DNA of 64,000 nt, taken from NCBI GenBank assembly GCA_963796055.1, contig CAWCKH010000004.1, positions 192,001 to 256,000 on the forward strand. Direction: 5' to 3'. The translations under genes and the position numbers were made by a program. Position 1 is the first letter of the stretch. Every line of letters starts with the position of its first letter. Below the pieces are notes generated by a model. That model ran no database searches. It was not told the DNA's origin and saw only the letters and a list, made by a program, of their open reading frames with translations. The stretch is from an uncultured delta proteobacterium. GTDB taxonomy: Bacteria; Myxococcota; Myxococcia; Myxococcales; Myxococcaceae. Below are positions 23,321 through 33,334 of this stretch, piece by piece.

Positions 23321-23427
23321 GCCCGCCCGGATCTTCCTTCGTGGGGCCCATGTCCCCCAGGGTGGGTCGGTGTGGCCATCCTGTCACCCTGGTCACGGAC
23401 GCGCGGCCGAGCGAGGCTTGCCTCCCC

Positions 23428-25221
23428 GTGACGTCCCCCATCGGCGAGCTCGCCACTCCCGCGCCGACCCTGCTTTCGCGAAACCGCGTGGGAGCCCAGG
23501 CCCGCTGGATGGCACGGACGGGAATCGTGGGACTCGGGGTGGCGACCGCCGTGGCCCTACGCCTGGTGGCCGTGCTCCCCGAGGTCCCCAACCGCCACGC
23601 GCTGGCGAGCGATGCTGCCCGGCGAGCGATGCTCGAGGTCGAGGCCGCCGACGCCCTCCTCGGGGGTGAGGTGCTGGAGCTCCCGGCCCTCGTCGCCGGC
23701 CCGGAGACTGGGTCGAGCCTCCTCCTGCTTGTCGCCGCCCCGGCGCACGCGCTGGCCGGCCAGGCCCACGCTCTCGGTGTCGAGCTCGGCATCTCGGTCG
23801 CCTTCACCGCCCTGCTCTTCCTGGTGCTCGGACTGGCCGCGCGGTGTATCGCCCCCGCGGTTGGCGAGGCGATGGTGGTGCTGGCCGTCTCGACCCCAAT
23901 TCTGATGGGCAATCGCGACCTGTTCGCGCATGCAGTGAGCGGGACAGTGGAGGTGCCCTCGGCGGTCTTCACCCTGGCGATGGCCGCGGCATGGCTCGCC
24001 TCGCGGGCTTCCCGAACGTTCCGGCCCTGGGCAGTGGCCTTGCTCGGCAATGCCCTCTTTCACGTGAAGTTCGAGCATGGGCTGATGCTGGGCCTGGCGG
24101 TGCTGATGGTGGAGGCCGGCGCGGCCGGGGTGGTGCGGCCCCCGCGGGCCGTCCTCACCGCCCTCTTCCGGGGAGCGCGGAGCCCGGTGGGCCTGGCGCT
24201 GCTCGCCCTCGCCCTGACGGTGCTGCTGGGTGGATGGTGGTCGGTGAGCAGCGGAGGCCTGAGCGCCACCGTCTTCGGCCAGGAGGTGAGCCTCCGCGGT
24301 GCCTGGGGCCCGATCACCTTCGGGGCGCTGCTGCTCTTTCTCTTCGTCGAGCTCGCCTTCTGGCAGGAGCGGGTCTGGCTGGCGGCCGAGGTTCCTCGGC
24401 GGGCGAGGTTCCTCTGGAACTGGCTGCTCACGCCGATGATCGCCTGGATCCTCGTGCCCTTCACCTGGCGGCTCCAGACGCTCGCCGCCGGTGTGGCGTC
24501 CGGCAGCGATCGGGTCGGACGGGGCTCGCTTCGGGAGTGGCTGCTCTACTTTCCCCGCGCCGCGTGGGAGGGCTGGCTGCCCTCCGACGCGCGCTGGGTC
24601 GTGCTGGCCCTGCTCTGCGGCTCGATCCTGGCGGCCTGGCGCTCCGTCGCGACGCGGCGGGTGCTGTTTCCGCTCGGCGCGCTGGTCCTCTTCCAGCTCA
24701 CCTTCCTGACCGTCCTCCACCACGGGAATCTCCAGCCTCGGCTCATCGCCAATCTCGCGCCGCTGGTGGCCCTCGCCGCGGCGGCCTGGGTCCCGGCGGT
24801 TCCCCGTGTTCCCCGAGCCCTGCTCGGTGCCGGCGCGGCCGTGCTGCTTCTCTGGGCCGTCTTGCCGCTCTGGCGCGGCCCTGAGCTGGTGGCGACGCTC
24901 TCCCGCGGATTCGAGAGCACCGCGAACGGTGATGCCTGCCGTGAAGTGGCGCGGGCGCTCCCCGTCTCCCGGGGGGTGCTGGTGAACGAGACGGGGCCGG
25001 AGCGGCTCCAGACCTGCGCCCTGTGGGTGAAGCTCTTCGCCCGGGAGCGGGGGGACCAGGTGCTCATCCGGGAGCCGTGGACCCGGCCGGGCCGCCACGA
25101 GGTCCTGGTCCTGGAGGACGGCACGCTCCCCGCCGGACCACGAATCGGGCTGGTGCCCCTGGGGGTCGAGGTTCGCTCCGGACCGGTGCGCGGGCAGCGC
25201 TATCGAGCCGACGCGCCCTGA
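23428..25221 (+). CDS. Polytopic membrane protein, possibly GT-C glycosyltransferase-like
   Basis: Ten or more hydrophobic segments; start uncertain (GTG 23428 or ATG 23509). Confidence 0.55.
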   Translation: MTSPIGELATPAPTLLSRNRVGAQARWMARTGIVGLGVATAVALRLVAVLPEVPNRHALASDAARRAMLEVEAADALLGGEVLELPALVAGPETGSSLLLLVAAPAHALAGQAHALGVELGISVAFTALLFLVLGLAARCIAPAVGEAMVVLAVSTPILMGNRDLFAHAVSGTVEVPSAVFTLAMAAAWLASRASRTFRPWAVALLGNALFHVKFEHGLMLGLAVLMVEAGAAGVVRPPRAVLTALFRGARSPVGLALLALALTVLLGGWWSVSSGGLSATVFGQEVSLRGAWGPITFGALLLFLFVELAFWQERVWLAAEVPRRARFLWNWLLTPMIAWILVPFTWRLQTLAAGVASGSDRVGRGSLREWLLYFPRAAWEGWLPSDARWVVLALLCGSILAAWRSVATRRVLFPLGALVLFQLTFLTVLHHGNLQPRLIANLAPLVALAAAAWVPAVPRVPRALLGAGAAVLLLWAVLPLWRGPELVATLSRGFESTANGDACREVARALPVSRGVLVNETGPERLQTCALWVKLFARERGDQVLIREPWTRPGRHEVLVLEDGTLPAGPRIGLVPLGVEVRSGPVRGQRYRADAP

Positions 25222-25817
25222 GCCTGAGCCTGCGACGTCTCCAATGGCGAGTCAGGCGTCCATGGGTCGCGCAATGTGAAGTCGACCTGGATCCCGACGC
25301 CGGGGTCGACGCGTACTCCCCACGCCGGGACTTCGATCCCGAAATCACGAATGTCGATTCGGGTCGTGCCATGGACACGGAACTCACCCTGCTGCCCCTG
25401 TTCCACCCGGTAGTGGATGGAGCAGAGCCTGGAGATGCCATGCAAGGTGAACGTCCCCCGGGTATCGGATTCCACGGTCTTCCCCGGCGAGGGAAAGGCG
25501 ACCCCTTTCCTCGTGACGCGCAGCTCCGCGTCTGGAAAGTTTGTGACGTCGAGATATCCGCGCATGTGCCGATTCCTCAGGCCGATGCCCGTGTCCAGCC
25601 CGGCGAGCGGTACTCGGAAAACCAGGTTTCCTTCCCGTTTCGTCACGAGCAGCTCGTGCGTCAATCCTTCGACGTGGAGACCGGCCGTGCCTTGCATCGA
25701 GAAGCGCACGGCTGCTCCGGAAGGAGCGTCGACTCCTGCCTTGACCAGCCCTCCGATCGTCAGGAGCAGGCTGAAGGCAAGGAAAGATAGACGGCGCTGG
25801 TGCAGAGACGGTTTCAT
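25200..25817 (-). CDS. YceI-family protein
   Basis: Signal peptide; LDTGIGLRNRHMR, FPDA, GTFTLHG, DFGI. Confidence 0.85.
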   Translation of the reverse strand: MKPSLHQRRLSFLAFSLLLTIGGLVKAGVDAPSGAAVRFSMQGTAGLHVEGLTHELLVTKREGNLVFRVPLAGLDTGIGLRNRHMRGYLDVTNFPDAELRVTRKGVAFPSPGKTVESDTRGTFTLHGISRLCSIHYRVEQGQQGEFRVHGTTRIDIRDFGIEVPAWGVRVDPGVGIQVDFTLRDPWTPDSPLETSQAQAQGASAR

Positions 25818-25879
25818 GGTCAGATCGGTGATCGGTGCCTGATTGCATCCGAGTCCTCGAAGTCTGGGACACGCCTGCC

Positions 25880-25985
25880 CATCTCGCGTTGCGTCCGGTC
25901 CGCATCGCTCCGCCGAGGCCCAACCTCGTCAGCCACTTCGGTACCTTCGCCCCCGACGCCAGGCTCCGCTCCATGCCGCGCTCGC
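25880..25985 (+). mobile_element. Remnant of an IS91-family (rolling-circle) transposase C-terminal region
   Basis: RIAPPRPNLVSHFGTFAPDARLRS resembles the IS91-family motif PPPRxxLxRYHGVFAPNxxLR. Confidence 0.55.
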
Positions 25986-26012
25986 TCCGGCTGCCCCGGC
26001 CGCGGCTGGCCG

Positions 26013-27551
26013 TCAGGGCCGTGTCTTCGCCGTTTCCCAGTACGGCCTGCGCAATTCACGCTTGAGCGTCTTGCCTGCCGGGCTGAGCGGGAACTCTTCG
26101 TGGATCACCACGCGGCTCACCCGCTGATAGCGCGCCTGCACCCGGGCGTTGATCCACTCGCGGAGCTCATCCGCGGTCGCCGCGTCGGGAGAGACGAGGA
26201 CGACAGCGGCCATGGGGGTCTCGCCCCATTTCTCGTCGGGGATCCCGAAGACCGCGACTTCGCGGACGGCCGGGTGCCGCACCGCGACCTCCTCCACGTC
26301 GCGTGGGTACACCTTCACCCCGCCGGAATCGATCATGTCCTTCTTGCGATCTACGAGGTAGAGATACCCCTCCTCGTCCACGTACCCCATGTCGCCGGTG
26401 TACAGCCATCCGTCGCGCAGCGCCTGGGCCGTCAGGTCGGGGCGCTTGTAATACTCCTTCATCAGCATTGGCCCGCGGCCGACGATCTCACCCACCTCGC
26501 GGGGCAAAGCGTCGGTGCCGTCCTCGCGCACGATGCGCATTTCGTTGAAATGGGTCGGCACACCGACCGACCTGCTCTTGCGCACTGCCTCCGTCCTGTC
26601 GAGGATGGTGATGAAGCCCTCCGTCAGGCCGTAGAGCTCGTGGAAGCGGCCTGGCAACAGCGCGGTGAGTCGCTCCTTGTGCTCCTGCAGCAGCGGGGCG
26701 CCCAGAGAGAGCAGACATTCCAGCGAGGCGAGCCGCTCGGGCGCAAAGGCCGCGGAGGCGAGCATGGCGATGATCTGCGTGGGCACGACCATCATGTGCG
26801 TGACGCGGTACTCTTCGATCGTCTCTATCGCGCGGGCCGCATCGAACTGGCGGTGGGTGATGAAATGCGCGCCGTTGAAGAAGGTCGGCATCATGGTGAC
26901 AAACGCGCCGTTGAAGATGAGCGCGCCCGTGTGCAGCGTGACGATCTCCGGCGTGAAGCGAAAGGCGGCGCTGAAGATCAGCGAGTACATCGAGCGCGTG
27001 AAGTGCGAATGCATGATGCCCTTCGGCAGCCCGGTGGTGCCGCTCGTGTACATGATGTTGTAGAGATCGTCCTCACCGACGTCTGCGAGCGGTGGCGGAG
27101 CGTCGGACGCCGTGGCGCAGAGGCGGTGATAATCGAGCGGCTCGGCGTCGTCGGTGACGAGGATCCGCTCGCGCACCGGTGGTGGCAGCTCCGCGGAGAT
27201 CTCGCGCACCGCTGGCATCATCGAGCGCTGCGTCACCAGGCATTTCGCCTCGGAATCTCGCAACAGGCTGGCGAGGCCAGACGGCATCAAGAGGGGCGAG
27301 AGCGGCACCAGGACCGCGCCGAGTCTGGGCACCGCGAAGTACACCTCGAGGAGCTCCATGGAATTGGCGAGGACCGTCGCGACCTTGTCGCCCTTGGCGA
27401 CGCCGAGGCTGGCGAGCATGTTGGCGACGCGGTTGATGCGTGCGCCGAACGTGCGCCAGTCCACCGTCGTCTCTTCGAATGTCACCGCGGGCGCCGAGGG
27501 GCGATACCGCGCGTGGCGCTGAACGAGCTGGTCGAGCCGCAGCAACATCAA
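26013..27551 (-). CDS. AMP-dependent acyl-CoA synthetase
   Basis: YTSGTTGLPKG, YGLTE, TGDMG, DRKKDMI, PAGKTLK. Confidence 0.93.
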   Translation of the reverse strand: MMLLRLDQLVQRHARYRPSAPAVTFEETTVDWRTFGARINRVANMLASLGVAKGDKVATVLANSMELLEVYFAVPRLGAVLVPLSPLLMPSGLASLLRDSEAKCLVTQRSMMPAVREISAELPPPVRERILVTDDAEPLDYHRLCATASDAPPPLADVGEDDLYNIMYTSGTTGLPKGIMHSHFTRSMYSLIFSAAFRFTPEIVTLHTGALIFNGAFVTMMPTFFNGAHFITHRQFDAARAIETIEEYRVTHMMVVPTQIIAMLASAAFAPERLASLECLLSLGAPLLQEHKERLTALLPGRFHELYGLTEGFITILDRTEAVRKSRSVGVPTHFNEMRIVREDGTDALPREVGEIVGRGPMLMKEYYKRPDLTAQALRDGWLYTGDMGYVDEEGYLYLVDRKKDMIDSGGVKVYPRDVEEVAVRHPAVREVAVFGIPDEKWGETPMAAVVLVSPDAATADELREWINARVQARYQRVSRVVIHEEFPLSPAGKTLKRELRRPYWETAKTRP

Positions 27552-27635
27552 TTTGAGACTAGCTGTGCTGGCGCGTGAGTCGCAAACGCCAGCCCCTCTC
27601 CGGGGCGGGCTCCCGTCCAGCCCCCCCGAGTTCTC

Positions 27636-28025
27636 CTAGAGCGCCGCGACGCACTCGATCTCGATGTCGAAGCGAAAGGGCCATGCCGGAACGTTCACGA
27701 AGGTCCGGGCGGGTGGATCCTTCGGGAAGTAGCGGGAATAGACGGCGTTTACGGCCGCGAACTTGTCGACCGAGGTGCAGTAGACAGTGCACTTGAGAAC
27801 CTTCTCCAGTGACGATCCTGCCGTTTCGAGACAGAGCTTCATCTGTTCGAGGACGAGCTCGGTCTGGCGCTCGATCGGCCCCTCGACAATCTCGCCCGTC
27901 GCGGGATCGTACGGCGGAAAGCCCGACACGTAGATGGTGTTGTCGTGCCGCGTCACCGCGGATGCGGGCGCCTTCCATCGCTCGAGATAGGTGGACAGTG
28001 GCTCGACGCGAATGACCTGATTCAT
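27636..28025 (-). CDS. RidA/YjgF family protein
   Basis: IYVSG, VNAVYSRYF, PPART, DIEIECVA; GAGGAGG RBS. Confidence 0.9.
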   Translation of the reverse strand: MNQVIRVEPLSTYLERWKAPASAVTRHDNTIYVSGFPPYDPATGEIVEGPIERQTELVLEQMKLCLETAGSSLEKVLKCTVYCTSVDKFAAVNAVYSRYFPKDPPARTFVNVPAWPFRFDIEIECVAAL

Positions 28026-28129
28026 CGGAGTGCCTCCTCTTGGATCAACTCGAACCCTAGGCTCCTCTGATGCCGGGTGTTTCGGCCGGGACCGAAGCGT
28101 TGCCCTCCCGGAGGTCGCATGGTCGCGAC

Positions 28130-28164
28130 GGGCGAACGAATCAATCCGCTGTCGACCGCGATGA
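28130..28164 (+). repeat. 35-bp intergenic copy of an internal segment of the enoyl-CoA hydratase gene (37826-37860)
   Basis: gggcgaacga(a/t)tcaatccgctgtcgaccgcgatga, 34/35 identical. Confidence 0.85.
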
Positions 28165-28231
28165 GGTCCTCGCGGGTTGAAGACCGGTCGCGTCAGACGG
28201 TGCGGAGCTGGTCTCGATCTGCGTGCTCAGC

Positions 28232-28460
28232 TCAGGGAGCCTGACCGGATCTCCTCCAGGTACTGGTGGAGGGACTGGATGCACCGGGAGCCTTCGCCGA
28301 CGGCGGCGGCCACGCGCTTGACCGAGCGGCGATGGACGTCGCCGGCCGCGAACACTCCGGGGATGCTGGTCTCGAGCGGAAGCGGCGGCCGCTGGAGCGG
28401 CCAGCCCTCGGGAGGCTTGCCGTCGTGAACCAGGTCGCTGCCGGTCTCGATGAACCCCCA
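28232..28460 (-). pseudogene. C-terminal fragment of a thioredoxin-reductase-like FAD oxidoreductase
   Basis: GFIETGSDL...LETSIPGVFAAGDVHRRSVKRVAAAVGEGS..IQSLHQYL; no N-terminus. Confidence 0.8.
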
Positions 28461-28515
28461 GCGGTCATGCGGGCCTTCGTCAACCCGAAGACGGGCGGTC
28501 GTTGGGCCCGGCGAC

Positions 28516-30297
28516 CTACTTCTTCGTCCCGACAGCTCGACCGGGCGAGCCCCGCGCCGTTCCGGACACGAGCGCTCCTTGCGGATCTGCTGCGCCGTCC
28601 TTGCGAGGATCGGACGCGCCGAAGTTCACCCCGTAGCCATTGCTCATCACTGCCTGACCGCCGCCGACCCTCGGGGAGAAGCTCTCGTCGAGAATCTGGA
28701 GCTGGTGGCCCAGGCGCGCCAGCTCGGTGCGGGTGGCTTCGGGGATCCGGGGTTCGAGCATCACGTCCAGCCCGTCGAAGGTGTACTTGGTGAAGCGTGG
28801 CGACTCGAGGGCGGCCTGGATGTTCATCCCGAAGTCGACGACGTTGGACACGAACTGTGCGTGTGCCTGGGCCTGATTCCACCCGCCCATGATTCCGAAG
28901 CCGATCCGGACGTCTCCCTTCTGCATGAACGCCGGGATGATCGTGTGCAGTGGCCGCTTCCGTGGCGCCAGGACGTTGGGGTGACCTGGGTCGAGGCTGA
29001 AAAGCGCTCCCCGATTCTGGAGGGCGAAGCCGGTTCCCGGCGCGACCAGCTTCGCGCCGAAGCTGTCGTAGACGCTCTGGATGAGGGAGACGATGCTTCC
29101 CTCGCGGTCGATGGCGGCCAGGTAGATCGTGTCTCCGGCCCGCTTGGCCTTCAGATCCGCCGCCGCGCTTGGAGCGGCCGCGGACCTCGCCCGGGAGGGA
29201 TCGATCTCCTTCGCTCGGATCGCCGCATGTTCCTTCGACAGCATCCCCGCGACCGGAACATCGGAGAAGTGGGGATCGGCCACGTATTTCAGGAGATCGG
29301 CGTAGGCGAGCTTCTTGGCCTCGATCATGACATGCAGTGAGCGCGCGCTGTTGTGCCCGTACTCGGAGAGCGGGAACTGCTCCATGAGATTCAGCATCAT
29401 CAATGCGGCGATGCCTTGCCCGTTGGGCGGCAGCTCAAAGATCTTCCATCCGCGGTAAGTGGTGGTGATGGGCTGGACCCACTCCGCCTGGAACTCGGTC
29501 AGGTCCGCGGCCTCCATCGCTCCGCCGGCCTGCCTCGAGAGCCCGAGGATCGCCGTGGCAGTCGGACCCTGGTAGAACCCGTCGCGCCCCCGATCTGCGA
29601 TCCTCCGCAGTGACGTCGCCAGGTCCGGGTCGCGAAAGATCTCACCCACGCCTGGAGCCCGACCGCCGGGGAGAAAGGTCTGCCGGAAGATGGGGTCCGC
29701 GTTCTGGGGGCTCTGGGCGGATTGCCAGGCGGCTGCAATCCGCTCGGTGACCGGGAAACCGTCCCCGGCATAATGGATCGCGGACGCGAGCAGCGTCTGC
29801 CAAGGGAGCTTCCCGAACCGGCGGTGAAGCGCATCCCACCCGGCGACACATCCCGGGACGGTGACGGTGAGAATCCCCTCCTCGGGCATCGCCTCGAGCC
29901 CACGGCCACGCACGAAGTCGAGCGTCATTCCGGCCGGCGCCCAGCCGCTCGAATTCAGCCCGTAGAGCCTTCCGGTCTTGGCCTCGTACACGATGGCGAA
30001 GAGATCGCCGCCGATGCCGTCGCTCATCGGTTCCACGACGCCGAGCGTCGCATTCGCGGCGATGGCGGCGTCCACCGCGGTCCCTCCCAGCTCGAGGACC
30101 TGGGCGCCGGCTCGCGACGCGAGCGCCTGGCTCGTGGCGACGATGCCGAAGCGGGTGATCACCATCGAGCGACCCTGCGTCTCCGCGGCGCGGGTGGGCT
30201 CGCCTCGGGCGATGGTGGCAAACAGTACCAGGGCGCCGAAGATCCAGCTCGCTGTGCGAAGCAGCTGGGCCGCGTGGAGCACAGTGTTCAGATCCAT
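28516..30297 (-). CDS. ggt: Gamma-glutamyltransferase
   Basis: GGTAVDAAIA, GIGGDLF, PPNGQG, GDTIY (Thr nucleophile), KRPLHTIIP, GASDPRKDG. Confidence 0.92.
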   Translation of the reverse strand: MDLNTVLHAAQLLRTASWIFGALVLFATIARGEPTRAAETQGRSMVITRFGIVATSQALASRAGAQVLELGGTAVDAAIAANATLGVVEPMSDGIGGDLFAIVYEAKTGRLYGLNSSGWAPAGMTLDFVRGRGLEAMPEEGILTVTVPGCVAGWDALHRRFGKLPWQTLLASAIHYAGDGFPVTERIAAAWQSAQSPQNADPIFRQTFLPGGRAPGVGEIFRDPDLATSLRRIADRGRDGFYQGPTATAILGLSRQAGGAMEAADLTEFQAEWVQPITTTYRGWKIFELPPNGQGIAALMMLNLMEQFPLSEYGHNSARSLHVMIEAKKLAYADLLKYVADPHFSDVPVAGMLSKEHAAIRAKEIDPSRARSAAAPSAAADLKAKRAGDTIYLAAIDREGSIVSLIQSVYDSFGAKLVAPGTGFALQNRGALFSLDPGHPNVLAPRKRPLHTIIPAFMQKGDVRIGFGIMGGWNQAQAHAQFVSNVVDFGMNIQAALESPRFTKYTFDGLDVMLEPRIPEATRTELARLGHQLQILDESFSPRVGGGQAVMSNGYGVNFGASDPRKDGAADPQGALVSGTARGSPGRAVGTKK

Positions 30298-30314
30298 GCC
30301 TGGCTCACCTCGAC

Positions 30315-30758
30315 TCAGCCCCTCCCGACCAGCTTCCGCAGCACCGCGCCCGGCGGCAATCTCACGTGCATCGGCTGCTGCTTCCCCTCCGGGACGGGCA
30401 TCGCCTCCAGCCGCCCAGTCAGGCTCCTGGCGCGCGCGACCATCCGGTCGACGGCCGCCCCGTTCGCCGCTCTCTCCGTCGAGGAGATGTTCCCGTCGAC
30501 CTTGTACGCCAGCGCCTTGAGACTGAACGCGCGCAGCACGTCGGCCAGCAGATAGGGAGAGTCGAGGTCGCGCAGCATGAACACGCGGCGCACCGGGAAC
30601 AGCGCCAGCGCCTGAACCAGCGCATCCAGCTCGCGGTAGACCTCCGCCGTGCCGGGCGGGGTCGGAGCGGGGGCATCCCCCGCCAAGGTGCTTTCCTGCA
30701 TCAACCGGCCAAACTCGTCTCGGAACCACTCCATCGCGGCGACCATCGAGTCACGCAT
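30315..30758 (-). CDS. Hypothetical protein
   Basis: 147-aa ORF with protein-like composition, co-oriented with its neighbours. Confidence 0.5.
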   Translation of the reverse strand: MRDSMVAAMEWFRDEFGRLMQESTLAGDAPAPTPPGTAEVYRELDALVQALALFPVRRVFMLRDLDSPYLLADVLRAFSLKALAYKVDGNISSTERAANGAAVDRMVARARSLTGRLEAMPVPEGKQQPMHVRLPPGAVLRKLVGRG

Positions 30759-30786
30759 GGCCCCACTTTAGCCTAGGAGCCCAGGG

Positions 30787-31371
30787 TCAGGTGCCTGCCA
30801 CGGCGGACGGGGACCTCGGCGATGCAGGTTGCATGGGCCGTGACAGCTCGCGGTGAGCGACCAGGAGTCGGTAGCCGCTGAACCAGCTCATCCCCACTGC
30901 ATAGAGGACGCCGAGCAGAAGCCCCAGCGCGGTTCCCTGCTTCCCGCCGAGCATCCCGACGATCATCCCCACCGCCCCCGCGGGGATGAGAAACACCAGC
31001 GGAGAGAACACCCCGTACCAGAGCAGCCCGGAGGTGAGCCCACTGGCCGGCATGACGAACCTGGCGCCCGATTCGGACCTCAGACCGATGATGACTTTCC
31101 GGGTGAGCATGTGCCCGTACACGGTGAGGCAGACTTGCTCCCCGATCCGCGCGCCCCGGGCGATCTCCTGGCCGAGGCCATCACTGGCGACGAAGGCCTT
31201 CTCCAGCGTCTGCTCGCCGATGCGGATCCGGGGGAACACCATCCGGTGCTTGGTCCAGAACGTCCGGCGCGCAACCTCGGTGCCACCTTGCATGTACCGG
31301 ACATCCCGGGTGGTGACCCCTCCCCCCACCGGGCTCTCGAACTCCTTCAGCTCCCCGCACATCGTCGGCAT
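30787..31371 (-). CDS. Hypothetical membrane protein (two C-terminal TM helices)
   Basis: MPTMCGELKEF...; hydrophobic LLWYGVFSPLVFLI and ALGLLLGVLYAV. Confidence 0.65.
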   Translation of the reverse strand: MPTMCGELKEFESPVGGGVTTRDVRYMQGGTEVARRTFWTKHRMVFPRIRIGEQTLEKAFVASDGLGQEIARGARIGEQVCLTVYGHMLTRKVIIGLRSESGARFVMPASGLTSGLLWYGVFSPLVFLIPAGAVGMIVGMLGGKQGTALGLLLGVLYAVGMSWFSGYRLLVAHRELSRPMQPASPRSPSAVAGT

Positions 31372-31536
31372 GGCGAACCCCTTCACCTCAGGATGGGTAC
31401 AGGCCCGGACGAGCAGCCCCGCCGCCACCATGCGCAAGACGCGCTCGAGATCCGTCACCGTCGCTTCCGGCCGCGGTCGGCCGGTGGCCCTTCCTGCCTC
31501 GGCGAGCCCGCGCCATCCCCTCGGCGCGGTCTGTGG

Positions 31537-31719
31537 TCAGCGCGTCGGCGGTGAAGTACCGGCTTCGGTCCTCAGTGCACGTGGGCCAGGAGGATCCGAT
31601 CGAACCGGGCCCCGGCGAGCTACCCGGGCATGGCGAAGCGTGACCGGGGGCGGCTTGTCTCCTCCACCGCAGGCCACTGCCAGGACCAGTGCAACGGACA
31701 GCACGCAACGCAACCGCAT
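31537..31719 (-). pseudogene. Truncated lipoprotein gene (signal peptide only recognisable)
   Basis: GGGAGG RBS, MRLRCVLSVALVLAVAC-GGGDK lipobox, then low-quality sequence. Confidence 0.5.
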
Positions 31720-31875
31720 GGCGCCTCCCCCGGGCCAGCCAGAGAGCCCTTTGCAGGAGAGACGGAGAGCCAGCACCCACCTGCTCACCGCCGCCCTCCG
31801 CCATCACCCGGGCCCTGGGCGGAGGTGGAGGCAGAATGCAGCGGAGTGTTCGTCGTCCCCCCGGAGGAGCCCGCT

Positions 31876-32343
31876 TTGACTCTCTACGTCGCAGGATTCG
31901 AGGAGATCGCCTGGGGAGTTGCCCTCGTCGCGATCACCATGGTGCTCCACGGCCTGGGGATGGTCTGGACATTGAGGGCGGTTCACGGCCTGAAGGTGCG
32001 CCTGGGTTCCGATCTGAAGCTGCCCGGGTCGCTGTTCGTCCTCGTCGTCGCCGCCTGGCTGATCACGGTTTCACATCTGGTGGAGGTCCTGGCCTGGGCC
32101 AGCTTCATTCGCTGGAAGGGTGCGATGCCGAACGCGAGCATGGCGTACTACCTCGCGCTCCTCGACTACACGACCCTCGGCTGCGAGTACGACCTGCCCG
32201 CGAACTGGCGGCTCCTCGAGGGGATGATCGCCATTTCCGGTCTCATGACCTTCGCCTGGTCGACCGGTGTGCTCTTCGCACTGGCACAGGAGTTCCAGGC
32301 GCGCGAGCTCCAACGTGGTGAGCCCGGCGCTTCACGAGGGTGA
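31876..32343 (+). CDS. Small ion channel (Ion_trans_2-like) membrane protein
   Basis: GGAGG RBS, TTG start; HLVEVLAWA, YTTLG, WRLLEGMIAISGLMTFAWSTG. Confidence 0.8.
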   Translation: MTLYVAGFEEIAWGVALVAITMVLHGLGMVWTLRAVHGLKVRLGSDLKLPGSLFVLVVAAWLITVSHLVEVLAWASFIRWKGAMPNASMAYYLALLDYTTLGCEYDLPANWRLLEGMIAISGLMTFAWSTGVLFALAQEFQARELQRGEPGASRG

Positions 32344-32413
32344 CTCCGGTCCCCGGAGACCAGAGGGCCGTTCGCCCGCCTTCGCGAAACGCTGCCCAGG
32401 CGGGGTGTGCCGG

Positions 32414-33334
32414 TCAGGGTGCCCGAGGGTGATACAGGAACTTCTCGGGGCGGACGCCGCCGTCCTTCAGACCGATGAGGACCCAGGATTCGAGGCCTTC
32501 CTGAGTCCTCCGGTAGCTCATGCCGTCGAGGTAAAGCGCCCCGGGCGCGGTCCGGACCAGGTGGAAATCGACGGTCTTGTCCTTCGGCTCCCAGCCACGC
32601 AGGTCCGGAGCGAAGTGCTTGAGCTGGACGGCCAGCGATTGCCCGGCTTCCACCAGGGTGACGATCTCGAAGACGCTGACCCGGCCGTCGCGCATCCCGC
32701 GGTAGACACTGGCCATGTTGCCGGCGAGCGGGGCGAGCCAGGCTTCCTCGGACGTTCCGCCCAGACCGCTACCGACCCAGTCGCCCTCGAGCCAGGCACC
32801 GGCGTTGATCCGCGCGGGGGGCGGAGCACTGCCCGGACTCGCCTGCATGACGGGTTCGCCCTGGGGAGGCGCGGAAACGATGGAGGCTCCCGGGCTGGCG
32901 ACCCGGGACATCCGGACGCTCAACAGGCCCGCGACGAGCTCGAGCCCCGTCCCGCGCCGGGCGACACGGGCCTTCTCGAAGCGAATCTCGGTAGGGCTGA
33001 TGGATTGGAGCTGCTGCGGGCGGGGAGCGTCCTGAGACTCGCGACCTCGAAGGGCGCTGTCGAAGAGCTTCGATCGCAGGACCAGCGACCCGGCCTCCTC
33101 GCTCACATAGGCCAGCGCGTGGGTAGTGACCTGGCCTCCGCGAACCCGGCGAAACACGCCGACCATGCCTCCGCCCGAGGGTGGAAGCATGAAGGCATCG
33201 ATCCGGTCGTTCGGGGTGCCTTCTCCGCGCCACTGGCCGGCGAGCCAGGCGATCTGGTCGATGCGGGCGGCGGGAGGCGCAGCGCTCGCGCTGACCGCCA
33301 GCAAGGAGCACAAGACGCCCATGCATCGGTCCAT
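32414..33334 (-). CDS. Secreted protein with two tandem DUF6265-like domains
   Basis: Signal peptide; IAWLAGQWRGEG...PPSGGGMVGVFR and GAWLEGDWVGSG...APLAGNMASVYR...LKHF..DLRGWE. Confidence 0.72.
   Translation of the reverse strand: MDRCMGVLCSLLAVSASAAPPAARIDQIAWLAGQWRGEGTPNDRIDAFMLPPSGGGMVGVFRRVRGGQVTTHALAYVSEEAGSLVLRSKLFDSALRGRESQDAPRPQQLQSISPTEIRFEKARVARRGTGLELVAGLLSVRMSRVASPGASIVSAPPQGEPVMQASPGSAPPPARINAGAWLEGDWVGSGLGGTSEEAWLAPLAGNMASVYRGMRDGRVSVFEIVTLVEAGQSLAVQLKHFAPDLRGWEPKDKTVDFHLVRTAPGALYLDGMSYRRTQEGLESWVLIGLKDGGVRPEKFLYHPRAP

Noticed and set aside
22069..23427. N-terminal part of the 1050-aa ORF
   Set aside because: Out-of-frame overlap with the AraC gene; only the part from about 23428 looks like a real protein.
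30298..30729. N-terminal extension of ggt in the ORF track
   Set aside because: Overlaps the 30315-30758 ORF in another frame; ATG at 30297 gives a more plausible N-terminus.
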